Positions 43,165 through 52,417 of a stretch of DNA of 64,000 nucleotides are shown piece after piece; positions within the stretch are counted from its first letter, which is position 1, and each line of letters opens with the position of its first letter. Source of the DNA: a phage; the sequence record PZ496580.1; one strand, given 5' to 3'. The notes beneath the pieces are model-generated. The model did not search any database. It was not told where the DNA came from and saw nothing but the letters and a program-made list of their open reading frames with translations. The position numbers and the translations under genes were made by a program.

Positions 43165-43925
43165 CCGTACTGGTCAACATAGATTTTAGAGTATCCTTGT
43201 TCGCGGACTTCTAAGCGAATGATATCGCTATCCTGTTCACGCCACACATAATACTTTTTATTTTCTTTCCAGCCGCTAAAAACGATCATTCCGTTGTCAT
43301 CAACTACTCGTTTTGTGTTTGCCTTATGCACATCATTATTGTCGATGTATGTAAAATGGATAATCTGACCATCTTTTACTTTCAGAGTCAATTCACCTGG
43401 ATTGTACTCTTTATAAAATGGCTGTGCTTTCGGCTTAGTGTTTGCTCCGTCGATATTTTTCCATTTAAAGTGAGATTCACATTGCAAGGTAAACTCGCTG
43501 GTTTGTGGTTTCTTTTCTTTCTTCGGTTGCTCTACCACTTTTTCTTCCTGTTTCGGTTGTTGTTCTTCGTCAACCTTAACGGAAGTCTCTGAATCGCTTT
43601 CTGACGCGGTTTCTTCTTTAGGTAATACATTCATCAAGTTTTGAATTTGAGCGTTATATACAGCCTCCAGTGGCTGAATCTGCCCGATATTGATCATAGT
43701 ATCACGAACAGTTTTATTCCAGTTGCGTTGCTCTTGTTTCAGAGACGGATCAATCTTAACAGCCTTAACATACACCTCATGAAGTTTCGAATCCAGTGCG
43801 GAGATTGACTCATTAGCACAAATAAACTTCTCTGATTTGGTAGTAGCTTTAGCGCAATCAAAGGACGCAGCATTGGCACCGAAAGCAGTAGCGGAAAGAA
43901 CGATAGCAGCGATAATGTTTTTCAT
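43155..43925 (-). CDS. secreted protein with LprI/DUF1311-like N-terminal domain
   Basis: 256 aa; signal peptide MKNIIAAIVLSATAFGANA; FDCAKATT.EK.IC....ALD..L...Y......EQRNWNK.VRD resembles lysozyme-inhibitor LprI family; Lys/Glu-rich linker. Confidence 0.45.
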   Translation of the reverse strand: MKNIIAAIVLSATAFGANAASFDCAKATTKSEKFICANESISALDSKLHEVYVKAVKIDPSLKQEQRNWNKTVRDTMINIGQIQPLEAVYNAQIQNLMNVLPKEETASESDSETSVKVDEEQQPKQEEKVVEQPKKEKKPQTSEFTLQCESHFKWKNIDGANTKPKAQPFYKEYNPGELTLKVKDGQIIHFTYIDNNDVHKANTKRVVDDNGMIVFSGWKENKKYYVWREQDSDIIRLEVREQGYSKIYVDQYGCR

Positions 43926-43959
43926 AATATATTCCTCAATGTTTTGTCTTGATGGGAGT

Positions 43960-43988
43960 ATCTTACTACTCCCTTAATCCGGTGTCAA
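43960..43988 (-). promoter_or_regulatory. sigma70-type early promoter cassette
   Basis: approx; TTGACA-17-TAAGAT. Confidence 0.45.
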
Positions 43989-43995
43989 CTACTTT

Positions 43996-44151
43996 TTAAA
44001 TTTCTTCTACAGTAAAGTCTTCAATGTTGTTGTGCTCTGCGAACGTTGCCAGACCAGCATCCCACGCATCATCCTCAGAGAAGAATACACCGTAACGTTC
44101 ATATCCTTTAGCGCCTTCAAATTTAACCATTAATTTGTGAGTATGTTTCAT
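43996..44151 (-). CDS. hypothetical small protein (51 aa)
   Basis: track ORF trimmed to MKHTHKL (upstream part is promoter/leader). Confidence 0.4.
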   Translation of the reverse strand: MKHTHKLMVKFEGAKGYERYGVFFSEDDAWDAGLATFAEHNNIEDFTVEEI

Positions 44152-44182
44152 TTTGATTCTCCTTCGTTGTCTTGATGAGTTC

Positions 44183-44211
44183 ATTATAGGGGATCTGCGA
44201 TCCCCTGTCAA
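44183..44211 (-). promoter_or_regulatory. sigma70-type early promoter cassette
   Basis: approx; TTGACA-17-TATAAT, GGGGATCGCAGATCCCC spacer. Confidence 0.55.
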
Positions 44212-44220
44212 TAACTATTT

Positions 44221-44433
44221 TTAATTTTTACCCGCTCGTGCATTAATACGCATTTTCTGCATAGCCATGATCTGGCTTACTGCTTCTTCTTTACGTTCTT
44301 GCGTGATAACGTGACCAGATTCCGCAAACTCTCCCGCAACTTCTTCTACGATCTCGCGAACTTGAGAACGTCCAAAGATGCGGTTTCCTTCGTAGCTCAT
44401 AAACTCTGTTACTACTTGCTCGATAGATTTCAT
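44221..44433 (-). CDS. hypothetical protein (70 aa)
   Basis: ORF track; leader and SD. Confidence 0.45.
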   Translation of the reverse strand: MKSIEQVVTEFMSYEGNRIFGRSQVREIVEEVAGEFAESGHVITQERKEEAVSQIMAMQKMRINARAGKN

Positions 44434-44462
44434 GTGATTCTCCTTTTGTTTGGTATGGGAGT

Positions 44463-44491
44463 ATGTTACTACTCCCTTATCTTTACGTCAA
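44463..44491 (-). promoter_or_regulatory. sigma70-type early promoter cassette
   Basis: approx; TTGACG-17-TAACAT. Confidence 0.4.
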
Positions 44492-44498
44492 CTAGTTT

Positions 44499-44741
44499 TT
44501 AGAAATTTTTCGCTTCTTCTTCGGTCATCATAACCGCGCATTCGTGCATAACTTTGAAAACCGGATCAATCATGTCGAATGCTTCGCGAGACAATTTACG
44601 AGAAGCGATTTTGATTGCTTCATCGTCTTCGACTACAGGAACAAAAACAGTTTTCAGTTCATCGAGAATGGCAGCTTCTTTTTCATTCAGGAAGATACCA
44701 GCGTCATACAGTGCAACTTCGATAACATTAACTTTAACCAT
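44499..44741 (-). CDS. hypothetical acidic protein (80 aa)
   Basis: ORF track. Confidence 0.45.
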   Translation of the reverse strand: MVKVNVIEVALYDAGIFLNEKEAAILDELKTVFVPVVEDDEAIKIASRKLSREAFDMIDPVFKVMHECAVMMTEEEAKNF

Positions 44742-44774
44742 TTTAATTCCTCCAGTTCGTTTCGGTATGGGAGT

Positions 44775-44803
44775 ATAATACTACCGATGACCTTTGGCGT
44801 CAA
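44775..44803 (-). promoter_or_regulatory. sigma70-type early promoter cassette
   Basis: approx; TTGACG-17-TATTAT. Confidence 0.4.
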
Positions 44804-45005
44804 CTGCTTTTTTATTATTTTCGTGAAAATTTTTCGTCGCCTCATGTGCTTTTCGCTGGGCTTCTTGTTGTGCTTGCTGGCGTGCTGCCTCTTGCGATGC
44901 CATAACAGACGCATTTGCAGCAGTTACAGCCGCGACCATCGCTGCGGTATTGGCATTTACAGTACATGCGCTCGCCAACAAAGCAATCGCAATCATTTTC
45001 TTCAT
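44781..45005 (-). CDS. small secreted protein (signal peptide, Ala/Gln-rich)
   Basis: 74 aa; MKKMIAIALLASACTVNA signal-like N-terminus. Confidence 0.4.
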   Translation of the reverse strand: MKKMIAIALLASACTVNANTAAMVAAVTAANASVMASQEAARQQAQQEAQRKAHEATKNFHENNKKAVDAKGHR

Positions 45006-45172
45006 AGTTTCCCCTTTATGTTATCTTCGACCTTCATCCATTCCGCGTATTCTTGCGCGGCTACTTTCGGATTTAGTCCGTCTTCGTACATTGCTTCAAG
45101 TAATTCTTCGTCGGTGGGCTTATACCCTAGATAAGCCTCCACCTGATTTTTCCAAATTTTATACCAGTTCAT
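45002..45172 (-). CDS. hypothetical protein
   Basis: track ORF trimmed to MNWYKIW. Confidence 0.35.
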   Translation of the reverse strand: MNWYKIWKNQVEAYLGYKPTDEELLEAMYEDGLNPKVAAQEYAEWMKVEDNIKGKL

Positions 45173-45176
45173 ATTA

Positions 45177-45449
45177 TCACCAGTCAAGAGCGCGTGTCTC
45201 TGCGTCTTCCCATGCTTGATCCATAACAGCCTTAAAAACATATTCTAAGGTATCATCTTTCGAGAATCCGAAGACCTTAGACGGAATATCTTCAATTGCT
45301 ACTCCAGCAACTTCCGCATTACGAGCCTGACAATAATGCAACTCTAAGTTATCGAGATAGCGACCGCCTAATTTCTCCATATCATCCCAACATTTCCAGT
45401 AACCTACTTTATCGGCAATTGCTAACACTTTGCTGTTTTCGTTGCTCAT
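45177..45449 (-). CDS. hypothetical protein
   Basis: track ORF trimmed to MSNENSKVL below the promoter. Confidence 0.4.
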   Translation of the reverse strand: MSNENSKVLAIADKVGYWKCWDDMEKLGGRYLDNLELHYCQARNAEVAGVAIEDIPSKVFGFSKDDTLEYVFKAVMDQAWEDAETRALDW

Positions 45450-45480
45450 CTTTGATTCTCCTTTCGTTTGGTGTGGGAGT

Positions 45481-45510
45481 ATGTTACTACTCCCATTATT
45501 CAGTGTCAAT
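45481..45510 (-). promoter_or_regulatory. sigma70-type early promoter cassette
   Basis: approx; TTGACA-18-TAACAT. Confidence 0.35.
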
Positions 45511-45515
45511 AGATT

Positions 45516-45722
45516 TTATTCGATTATTTCAAATTTTGCTACCGGATCACCGTTTCGTTTGGTTGCGGTAAGTTGTTGTTTGTCAAAGTAAAACCAAATA
45601 TAGTCACCATGAACTACATCAAATGTGTTTCCGTTATTGTTCGTGAATACATCAACATCATAATCACACCCGACACTAAAGCTATAATTGATGTGATCGG
45701 TTTCAATGCAACGTACTTTCAT
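45516..45722 (-). CDS. hypothetical protein, MK..C small-protein family
   Basis: trimmed to MKVRCIETDHI. Confidence 0.4.
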   Translation of the reverse strand: MKVRCIETDHINYSFSVGCDYDVDVFTNNNGNTFDVVHGDYIWFYFDKQQLTATKRNGDPVAKFEIIE

Positions 45723-45753
45723 TTTTGAATCTCCTTTTTGTTTCACTGTGTGT

Positions 45754-45782
45754 ATTATGCGGTGCTGGATTATGGAAGTCAA
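45754..45782 (-). promoter_or_regulatory. sigma70-type early promoter cassette
   Basis: approx; TTGACT-17-CATAAT. Confidence 0.4.
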
Positions 45783-45792
45783 CAACTTTTTA

Positions 45793-45823
45793 AAATAAAA
45801 AAGCCGACCACAAGGATCGGCTT
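45793..45823 (-). terminator. intrinsic terminator
   Basis: approx; AAGCCGA-loop-TCGGCTT followed by TTTTTTATTTT on minus strand. Confidence 0.5.
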
Positions 45824-45832
45824 AATAATCAG

Positions 45833-46228
45833 TTACTTACTAAATTTCTTTTTGGCTTCGTCTACTGCATGAGATGCCAGTACCGCCGCCGCATGTGCAT
45901 TTTTATCTGTGTTGCAGAGAACACCCAGATAAACATCACGCCAAAGTTTAATCATCTCGTAGATCATATCAATATCATTTTCTTGTTTGTTGGCGATGCT
46001 ATTCGTCGTTATCTGGTAAGGTAACGGCTTGATCTGTACTGGTTCCGCCATCGGGCTAATAGGTTTCGGATCGGTCATAATAGGTGCTGTTGTCGGTGAT
46101 GTTTTCCATACGTCATTATTCCACGGTTTAACGGTTGTACCGTATATTTTATAAGGATTTTTGTCTGGATCAACCATCCATGTATGATGAATACCTAAAC
46201 CATTTGAAGTAATGCGTCGCTCAGTCAT
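45833..46228 (-). CDS. hypothetical protein (131 aa)
   Basis: ORF track. Confidence 0.45.
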   Translation of the reverse strand: MTERRITSNGLGIHHTWMVDPDKNPYKIYGTTVKPWNNDVWKTSPTTAPIMTDPKPISPMAEPVQIKPLPYQITTNSIANKQENDIDMIYEMIKLWRDVYLGVLCNTDKNAHAAAVLASHAVDEAKKKFSK

Positions 46229-46433
46229 GTTTTACCCCCTCTGATAATTCTTTCATCCAATAATCTATCGTTGCTCTGTGTTCTGGTGTGTTTGTTATCC
46301 CTGCGAACTTGTTCAGAGATTCAATATTGATCCGGTTGGCTTCTTCCATAGTCTCAACGACCATTGGTACAATCTTTTCATTGTTGTACACGAAAGCCAC
46401 ATAACCACCTACGGGATATTCTTTCATAATCAA
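46221..46433 (-). CDS. hypothetical protein (70 aa)
   Basis: ORF track; coupled overlaps with both neighbours. Confidence 0.4.
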   Translation of the reverse strand: MIMKEYPVGGYVAFVYNNEKIVPMVVETMEEANRINIESLNKFAGITNTPEHRATIDYWMKELSEGVKHD

Positions 46434-47791
46434 CCCTTCTTAAGTTCTTTAAGATCCTTCTTATATTCCTTCATTGCGGTCGTCTTTGTCCAATACTCAT
46501 ATTCACTATGATGTTTATCGGCATCTTTGACCAGTCGATCATACTCTTCTTGAGTAACGCTATACAATGGCATAGAAACGAGCTTATCGGCGTATGAACG
46601 CAGTTTTTCATGTCCATTGATGGATTGCATTACCTCGGCCTTTTTCTTTCCCTGTAGCTCGATTTCGCCCTTAATTACGCGATCGATAAATTCGGCTTTA
46701 GCCATTGCATAATTGTATGCTTCCAGCGTTTCCGCTTGCATCAATTCAATGCGTTTATCGACATACCATAAGCGGATTTCGACGAATCGACGAATCAGGT
46801 CGCTAGCTTTCTCGAATACTTCAACTAAACCACGTTCATTAACCACTACGATATTCTGGGCTACTAACTGCGTTAGTTTAAAATCCTTCATGATTTGCTC
46901 ATGTCGAGCGGATTCATCTTCGCTTTTGAAATAATCGCGTTTCAGTGTTACTTCAAATCTAAATCCATCCTTAGAGCAACGGTCATTATATGAGACAATC
47001 AGATCTTTTTCTTCCAGTGCATCCAGTACCGCTACATATTCTTCACGGTCGAACTTATAAGGAACTTCTGATATTGTCAGTTTAGTCTTGCCGTTTAGTT
47101 CATATGTACCCTCAAGAATGACACCATCGCGGTCATCACGCGGGATAACTTTACCGGTGAATTTTGGGAATTGAACACTAGGTTCTTTATCCAGTTTTCC
47201 GGCAAGTGCTAGCTCTGTGCATTCAATGAGGCTTTCCAGTGAATGCGGTAAAATGTCAGTTTTATACCCTGTAGCAATACCACTAATACCATTAGCCAAT
47301 ACCATTGGCACAACTGGCAAGTAGAACGCTGGCGGGATGTGTTCCAGATCTTCGTGCTTAGGTGCGCAATTCATATCTTTATAGATTTTAAAGAAGTTTT
47401 CATGCACACGAGCAAAGATATAACGTGCCGCGCCTGCTTTCTGGACTAAACGCGAACCGAAGTTACCTTGACCGTCAAGCAGTGGAGTATTATTGCTCCA
47501 TGTATTCGCCATGAGTGATCCGGCTTCTACGGCATTAGTTTCGCCGTGGTGATACCCCAATTCAGCAACACCAGATCCAATATCTGCCATCTTACGGAAT
47601 TTCTTACGGTCGCCTTTACTCTTTTGCAAAGCACATTCCATAACAAAGCGTTGCACTGGTTTAAGCCCATCCACTAATTGAGGAATCCCGCGTTCCTCGG
47701 CAGAATAGATCGCATATTCCTTAGCTTCATTATGTACAATGCTTTCAAGGCTGCGGTAAGTAACTGATTTATTCATCTTCACCTCATACAC
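46430..47791 (-). CDS. 52: DNA topoisomerase II medium subunit
   Basis: 453 aa; GyrA-like DGLKPVQR motif and catalytic Tyr region. Confidence 0.85.
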   Translation of the reverse strand: MYEVKMNKSVTYRSLESIVHNEAKEYAIYSAEERGIPQLVDGLKPVQRFVMECALQKSKGDRKKFRKMADIGSGVAELGYHHGETNAVEAGSLMANTWSNNTPLLDGQGNFGSRLVQKAGAARYIFARVHENFFKIYKDMNCAPKHEDLEHIPPAFYLPVVPMVLANGISGIATGYKTDILPHSLESLIECTELALAGKLDKEPSVQFPKFTGKVIPRDDRDGVILEGTYELNGKTKLTISEVPYKFDREEYVAVLDALEEKDLIVSYNDRCSKDGFRFEVTLKRDYFKSEDESARHEQIMKDFKLTQLVAQNIVVVNERGLVEVFEKASDLIRRFVEIRLWYVDKRIELMQAETLEAYNYAMAKAEFIDRVIKGEIELQGKKKAEVMQSINGHEKLRSYADKLVSMPLYSVTQEEYDRLVKDADKHHSEYEYWTKTTAMKEYKKDLKELKKG

Positions 47792-48146
47792 GCTTACAAA
47801 TCACATTCTTTACTTTATCAGATTTATCAGCCCAATCCAATAGCCATTTTAACGGAAGGATTGAAACAATAAACGGGGTAGCAATCAAAGCAAACATGAT
47901 ACACCGGATAATCAGGAAAGCGCAAGTAACAAAGCTAGCGATAGCGATCCCGACAAAACAAAATACCATAGAAAACAGAGTAATGATATAGAAAGGCCAA
48001 AATACCCACTCCCGCATCTTAACGCCTTTGTATTCTCTGAATTGCTTAAAATCTACAAACAACTCTCGGATAGACGCGTACAGGACCGAAAAATCATCTT
48101 TCATTGCTCTGAATGAGCAATCTTCTATTTTAGAATGACCTAGCAT
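47784..48146 (-). CDS. hypothetical integral membrane protein
   Basis: 120 aa with 2-3 predicted TM helices. Confidence 0.45.
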   Translation of the reverse strand: MLGHSKIEDCSFRAMKDDFSVLYASIRELFVDFKQFREYKGVKMREWVFWPFYIITLFSMVFCFVGIAIASFVTCAFLIIRCIMFALIATPFIVSILPLKWLLDWADKSDKVKNVICKRV

Positions 48147-48148
48147 TA

Positions 48149-48442
48149 TTAACCGCCTTTCATCATTGATACTGGAATTGTTTTCTGATTTGTGTATAAT
48201 TGGCCTACTTCAATTTTTTCTTGAATCACCACAACGTTACAATAACCACTGTCTTTAAGTTTTCTGATAATGACTCTCTTTTGTTCGTCGGTGATAGGAT
48301 TGACTGTTCTCACCAATTCACCGCAAATAATAGCACCATCTTTACAATTACCAGTAACTTTCATGCTACGACCGTGAACAACAACCACATCACCGTAAAT
48401 CACATTTTCGTCGTCGTATTTGGTAATAATCGTGACCGTCAT
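48149..48442 (-). CDS. hypothetical protein (97 aa)
   Basis: ORF track. Confidence 0.4.
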   Translation of the reverse strand: MTVTIITKYDDENVIYGDVVVVHGRSMKVTGNCKDGAIICGELVRTVNPITDEQKRVIIRKLKDSGYCNVVVIQEKIEVGQLYTNQKTIPVSMMKGG

Positions 48443-48487
48443 AATGTATTCCCTCTAAGAAAGGCCGCGCAAAGCGGCCTATGTTGA

Positions 48488-48814
48488 TTATTGTTCTACA
48501 GTATAACCGTTGTTTTCAAGCCATGCAATAACAATCTTTTCGCCAATTTCATCGAGCATTTCATCAGAGCCATATTCTTTGATGAAAATCGATGGGTCAT
48601 TATTGCTTACTACGTGCTGGATCACAACATGTTCAGGAATTGCGTCTAGCAGTTCGCTATGATCATACTCATTAACGATATCTTCAACACTAACATTATT
48701 AACCAAATCAACATCATCCATAGTCACAGTAACGCGACCGGACGGACGCAATGAATATTGGCTACTTTCAACTTCAACATGTGCACTTTCGCAAGTAACT
48801 TTCATATCAACCAT
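48488..48814 (-). CDS. hypothetical acidic protein (108 aa)
   Basis: ORF track. Confidence 0.4.
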   Translation of the reverse strand: MVDMKVTCESAHVEVESSQYSLRPSGRVTVTMDDVDLVNNVSVEDIVNEYDHSELLDAIPEHVVIQHVVSNNDPSIFIKEYGSDEMLDEIGEKIVIAWLENNGYTVEQ

Positions 48815-48828
48815 AATTAATTCCTCTG

Positions 48829-49830
48829 TTAGTAATGGCTAAAACCTTCGGTTACATCTTCAACCACATAGTAACGATGACAGCGCATTTTGGCATTCGC
48901 ATAATCTTTCGGGATACTTACAACGTGACGCGGATCAACTTTACATTTAATGATTCGGCCTCGTCCACCGCCATAGTGCGGAATATAGTGTTTCGCTGCA
49001 ACGTGGAGGCCATTAGAGCAAGTACGGTCATCATCGGGGTCCACGTCTTTACGCTTCATTTTAACCGTGCGCCCTGGGCTATTATCAAACGTATGCGTAA
49101 AGAAATCTTTATAATCAACATCAACACGTTTCCATGCATAGAAACAACCATCTTCCCCGATCTCAATGTCGTTGTGCTCTAAGAAGTCAAACAGACGATC
49201 TACCGCCTTACGGCTAGGGTTTTTCTTGCACTTCTCAAAGAAGTTCAGATAGTGCGTATATGGCTTATTCTCTTTAATCGACTCCACAACTCGACGAGTC
49301 AGATTATTATCAAGAACAATATTATGATAATACACAATACCATTTTCGATACGGAAAGCGCCGTGATAATATACTTCAACCGCTTTCTTAATGTCAATCA
49401 GCGTAATTGCTTTAATGAAATCATTCTGCTTAACTGCCTCCAGTGCTTCATTAAAGTTAACATGCGACGGATCAGCAGTATAAACAATGTCACCACATGT
49501 AATAGTAATAAATTTAGATGAGGCTATTGCTACGATTTTTGAGGAAGTAGTCACGGGCTTTTTTGCGCGTTCACCGCCTTTTCCTTTACTGGTTTTACGT
49601 CGTGCTTTACGTTTTTCTAGTGCCTTGCGACCTTCCGCTACTGCGTCTTTCTGAATCAGTAATACACGGGAGGCAGTACGACGAGATACACCAAATGCTG
49701 CCGCAAGTGCTTCGCGGGTAGTAAACTTACCCTCACCCCACTGTTTAGCCAGTTTGATTTGTTTTGCAGAGTCCAGACATTGAACGTTACGGTCAGAGAC
49801 GGTGATTTTTGCTTTAGTCATAGTATTCAT
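48829..49830 (-). CDS. rIIB: rIIB protein
   Basis: 333 aa; C-terminal two-thirds collinear with T4 rIIB as recalled (NPS.KAV.RLFDFL..NDIEI.EDG.FYAWK, TFDNSPG..VKM.R..V..DD...CS.GLHV, PRDVVSIP.DY.DAKMR). Confidence 0.85.
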   Translation of the reverse strand: MNTMTKAKITVSDRNVQCLDSAKQIKLAKQWGEGKFTTREALAAAFGVSRRTASRVLLIQKDAVAEGRKALEKRKARRKTSKGKGGERAKKPVTTSSKIVAIASSKFITITCGDIVYTADPSHVNFNEALEAVKQNDFIKAITLIDIKKAVEVYYHGAFRIENGIVYYHNIVLDNNLTRRVVESIKENKPYTHYLNFFEKCKKNPSRKAVDRLFDFLEHNDIEIGEDGCFYAWKRVDVDYKDFFTHTFDNSPGRTVKMKRKDVDPDDDRTCSNGLHVAAKHYIPHYGGGRGRIIKCKVDPRHVVSIPKDYANAKMRCHRYYVVEDVTEGFSHY

Positions 49831-49882
49831 TCCTCTATTAGTGGGCGACTCTCGCCGCCCGATTCACATCATTATACCAGAA

Positions 49883-50014
49883 TTATTTTGCTTCTACAAC
49901 CTTGCGGATTGTGCGGTCTGATACATTATAGATTCGTGCCAGTTCGCCTTTAGTCAAGCCGCGAGCGTATTGTTTACGGATGGTTTCTTTCTGGATAGCG
50001 GTCAGTTTAGTCAT
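49883..50014 (-). CDS. HTH mini-protein (43 aa) resembling rIIB N-terminus
   Basis: MTKLTAIQKETIRKQYARGLTKGELARIYNVSDRTIRKVVEAK; GAGGTGA SD; fills rIIA-rIIB spacer; below ORF-track cutoff. Confidence 0.45.
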   Translation of the reverse strand: MTKLTAIQKETIRKQYARGLTKGELARIYNVSDRTIRKVVEAK

Positions 50015-50025
50015 AATATCACCTC

Positions 50026-52134
50026 TTAAAATTTAACATTCTTAACCAGTTTCATAAAGTCTTGTGCGCGTTTGTCGTTATGCAGAATACGATACCAGTT
50101 ATCTACAATATCATACAGTAACGGGCTATTCTCTTTAAACTTCGCACAAACTGCTTTAATTCGTTCGTTTGCTGCCGTGAATTTTTCGTCACAGATCTTT
50201 TTAGTTTCTTCGTCCATAATCCAACGAGTACGAAGGAGTAACTTGGAAACCTCTTTATTATAATGACGACCGTACAGTCTGTCAACAAATTCTGGAATAC
50301 AGCGTTCTAATTCATCGTCATGATACAACATAGTGATCACACCCAGATATTCGCCATACCCCAGATGATTGGTCTTAACCTTCTTAGCCAGACCAGCCAG
50401 CTTACCGCGAACAAATTCTAGCGCACATTCCAATTGTTCGTCAACGAGATATTTTTGTGTCTCATTACGGGTAATAATATACTTTGTTACCCCGAAGTAG
50501 TCAAGCGCCGTGTGTAATGTATTTTCATTATAGATCGATTGACGGCTACGGCTTTCGAATGCATCACCCACGCGGAACATGTGCAAGCCTGATAACTCGC
50601 GAATCTCTGCCGCTTTCATGTGATGGCTGGTTTTATGCCAACTGTCACCAATCTTTTCCATAATATACACGTTAGGTAGCTTAGGAGTCGCTTCACGCTG
50701 TGTACGTTCGGTCTTCTCCGGTTTAACTGCTTTAGCACGCAGATCATCGGCCTCAGATACCTTAATCACGGTCATTTCAGATTCATCATAATACTGTTTG
50801 ATGTACTCGAAAGTCTCCATATGTTTTTCGTTGCGCTGACGGAACACCAGTACCTTTTTATTGATGCCGTATTCCTGGACCATGCCGTTAAGAGTCAGTG
50901 CACGCAGTTTCGGTTTATCGGTATCATCAATAAGACACGTAATATCTTCTTTATGCATCCATACAAAATGCGTAATGTTGTATTGACTGCTAACGAAAGC
51001 AGGGCGCAATTTACTGATTGTGTGTCGAGTACGATACAGAGTATACACTTGACCTTCTACGTCATTAGGCGAATCTTTACCAGCATTAACAAACTTATTA
51101 TAGATTTCTACCGGATCATCCCATTGTCCGATCTTACCCATCTTGCTAATAATATTGCGTTGAGTCGATGAATACTCGCTCATAAATTGCGCAAGTTTAC
51201 GCTCTGTTTTAATGTTGGCGATCTTCTCTTTGACCTTTTCCAACATCATTTCATTGATTTCTGCAATACGTTTTTCGATGTTCGCTTTAGTCTCAATTGA
51301 CAAGTGAACTTCTTCACGCGATGGCATCAGGTCCAGATCACCCAAATCAAAATTAATGTAAATGGTCTGGTGCTGACGGTTTACAGCTTCTAACCATGTT
51401 CCGCGAACGTATTCATACGGGATCGGATACTGGATCTTACCCATGATTGCATATACTACATAGGAATCGTTATCACGCCCATTACAAACATAATAATTAT
51501 CAAAGCTAGGGAAATAATTAATTTCGATTGCATTGATATTAGGTTTGTGTTCCCCAAAATGACGCAGTACAAATTGTGCTTCTCTATGCCATGTCTGAAT
51601 ATCTTTCTCTTTCACTGGAATAGTGATTTTCAGACCATTGTCTTCATAGGTCGGTTCGTCGAAAATCTGCACCATTTTCGGCATAGAGTTTTGCACAAAT
51701 GCCGTAAAGCCATAAGCGCGACCATTGTAATAGTTTACGATTGTAAAGGTGTCGGTATAGCTATAAGCAGACTTCGCACCCAAACCAAAAGATCCGATAT
51801 AATCATTAGTTTGGTCTTTTGTTGATTCAAAGTAAACCGTAAACAGTTGTTCTAATTCTTTCTTAGACGGAATACCAGTACCATAATCACGCACAGAAAA
51901 ATACGGTTCGATTGCAGTCGGTAAATGAATATCAAACGGACGATCTAAGGTTCCGGCTTCTTTGTGGGTGTCGGTAGCATTACATGAATACTCACGGACG
52001 CAAGCACGCTCACAATATTGATAAGTGTTCTTAGAAAGCACCATAAAAGCCTTGCTACTTGCTTTCAGAGAAAAATCAACCGCACCGCTCAAGTCACTGC
52101 CAAATACTTCTTCATTATCAATATGCATTTTCAT
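50026..52134 (-). CDS. rIIA: rIIA protein
   Basis: 702 aa (T4 rIIA ~725); GHKL-ATPase-like GSFGLGAKSAYSYTDTF region; directly upstream of rIIB. Confidence 0.8.
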   Translation of the reverse strand: MKMHIDNEEVFGSDLSGAVDFSLKASSKAFMVLSKNTYQYCERACVREYSCNATDTHKEAGTLDRPFDIHLPTAIEPYFSVRDYGTGIPSKKELEQLFTVYFESTKDQTNDYIGSFGLGAKSAYSYTDTFTIVNYYNGRAYGFTAFVQNSMPKMVQIFDEPTYEDNGLKITIPVKEKDIQTWHREAQFVLRHFGEHKPNINAIEINYFPSFDNYYVCNGRDNDSYVVYAIMGKIQYPIPYEYVRGTWLEAVNRQHQTIYINFDLGDLDLMPSREEVHLSIETKANIEKRIAEINEMMLEKVKEKIANIKTERKLAQFMSEYSSTQRNIISKMGKIGQWDDPVEIYNKFVNAGKDSPNDVEGQVYTLYRTRHTISKLRPAFVSSQYNITHFVWMHKEDITCLIDDTDKPKLRALTLNGMVQEYGINKKVLVFRQRNEKHMETFEYIKQYYDESEMTVIKVSEADDLRAKAVKPEKTERTQREATPKLPNVYIMEKIGDSWHKTSHHMKAAEIRELSGLHMFRVGDAFESRSRQSIYNENTLHTALDYFGVTKYIITRNETQKYLVDEQLECALEFVRGKLAGLAKKVKTNHLGYGEYLGVITMLYHDDELERCIPEFVDRLYGRHYNKEVSKLLLRTRWIMDEETKKICDEKFTAANERIKAVCAKFKENSPLLYDIVDNWYRILHNDKRAQDFMKLVKNVKF

Positions 52135-52148
52135 AATATAATCCTCAC

Positions 52149-52406
52149 TTAATTAAAATCTTCTTTTTCCATCTCTGCGTAGATTACATCCCACGCCCAT
52201 AAATCAATAAACGCATTATATGTTATGGTGCAATCGTTATCAATCACTTCTTTCGCATATTTCTTGATGTTTTCGTAGGAAACTTGCGGATTAATTTTGT
52301 TCTTCCGAAGGTGCGCATATTCATACCTCAAACATTTCATAAACAGGTCCATCGATTTCTTTTCTCGATGACACTTGGCGATCATAAAATCAAAACTTCG
52401 ACTCAT
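52149..52406 (-). CDS. hypothetical protein (85 aa)
   Basis: ORF track. Confidence 0.4.
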   Translation of the reverse strand: MSRSFDFMIAKCHREKKSMDLFMKCLRYEYAHLRKNKINPQVSYENIKKYAKEVIDNDCTITYNAFIDLWAWDVIYAEMEKEDFN

Positions 52407-52417
52407 TTTTCTACTCC

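Noticed and set aside
44544-45134. 196-aa plus-strand ORF spanning several minus-strand small genes
   Set aside because: Crosses three promoter cassettes and their downstream minus-strand ORFs; low-complexity Cys/Ser-rich translation typical of antisense reading
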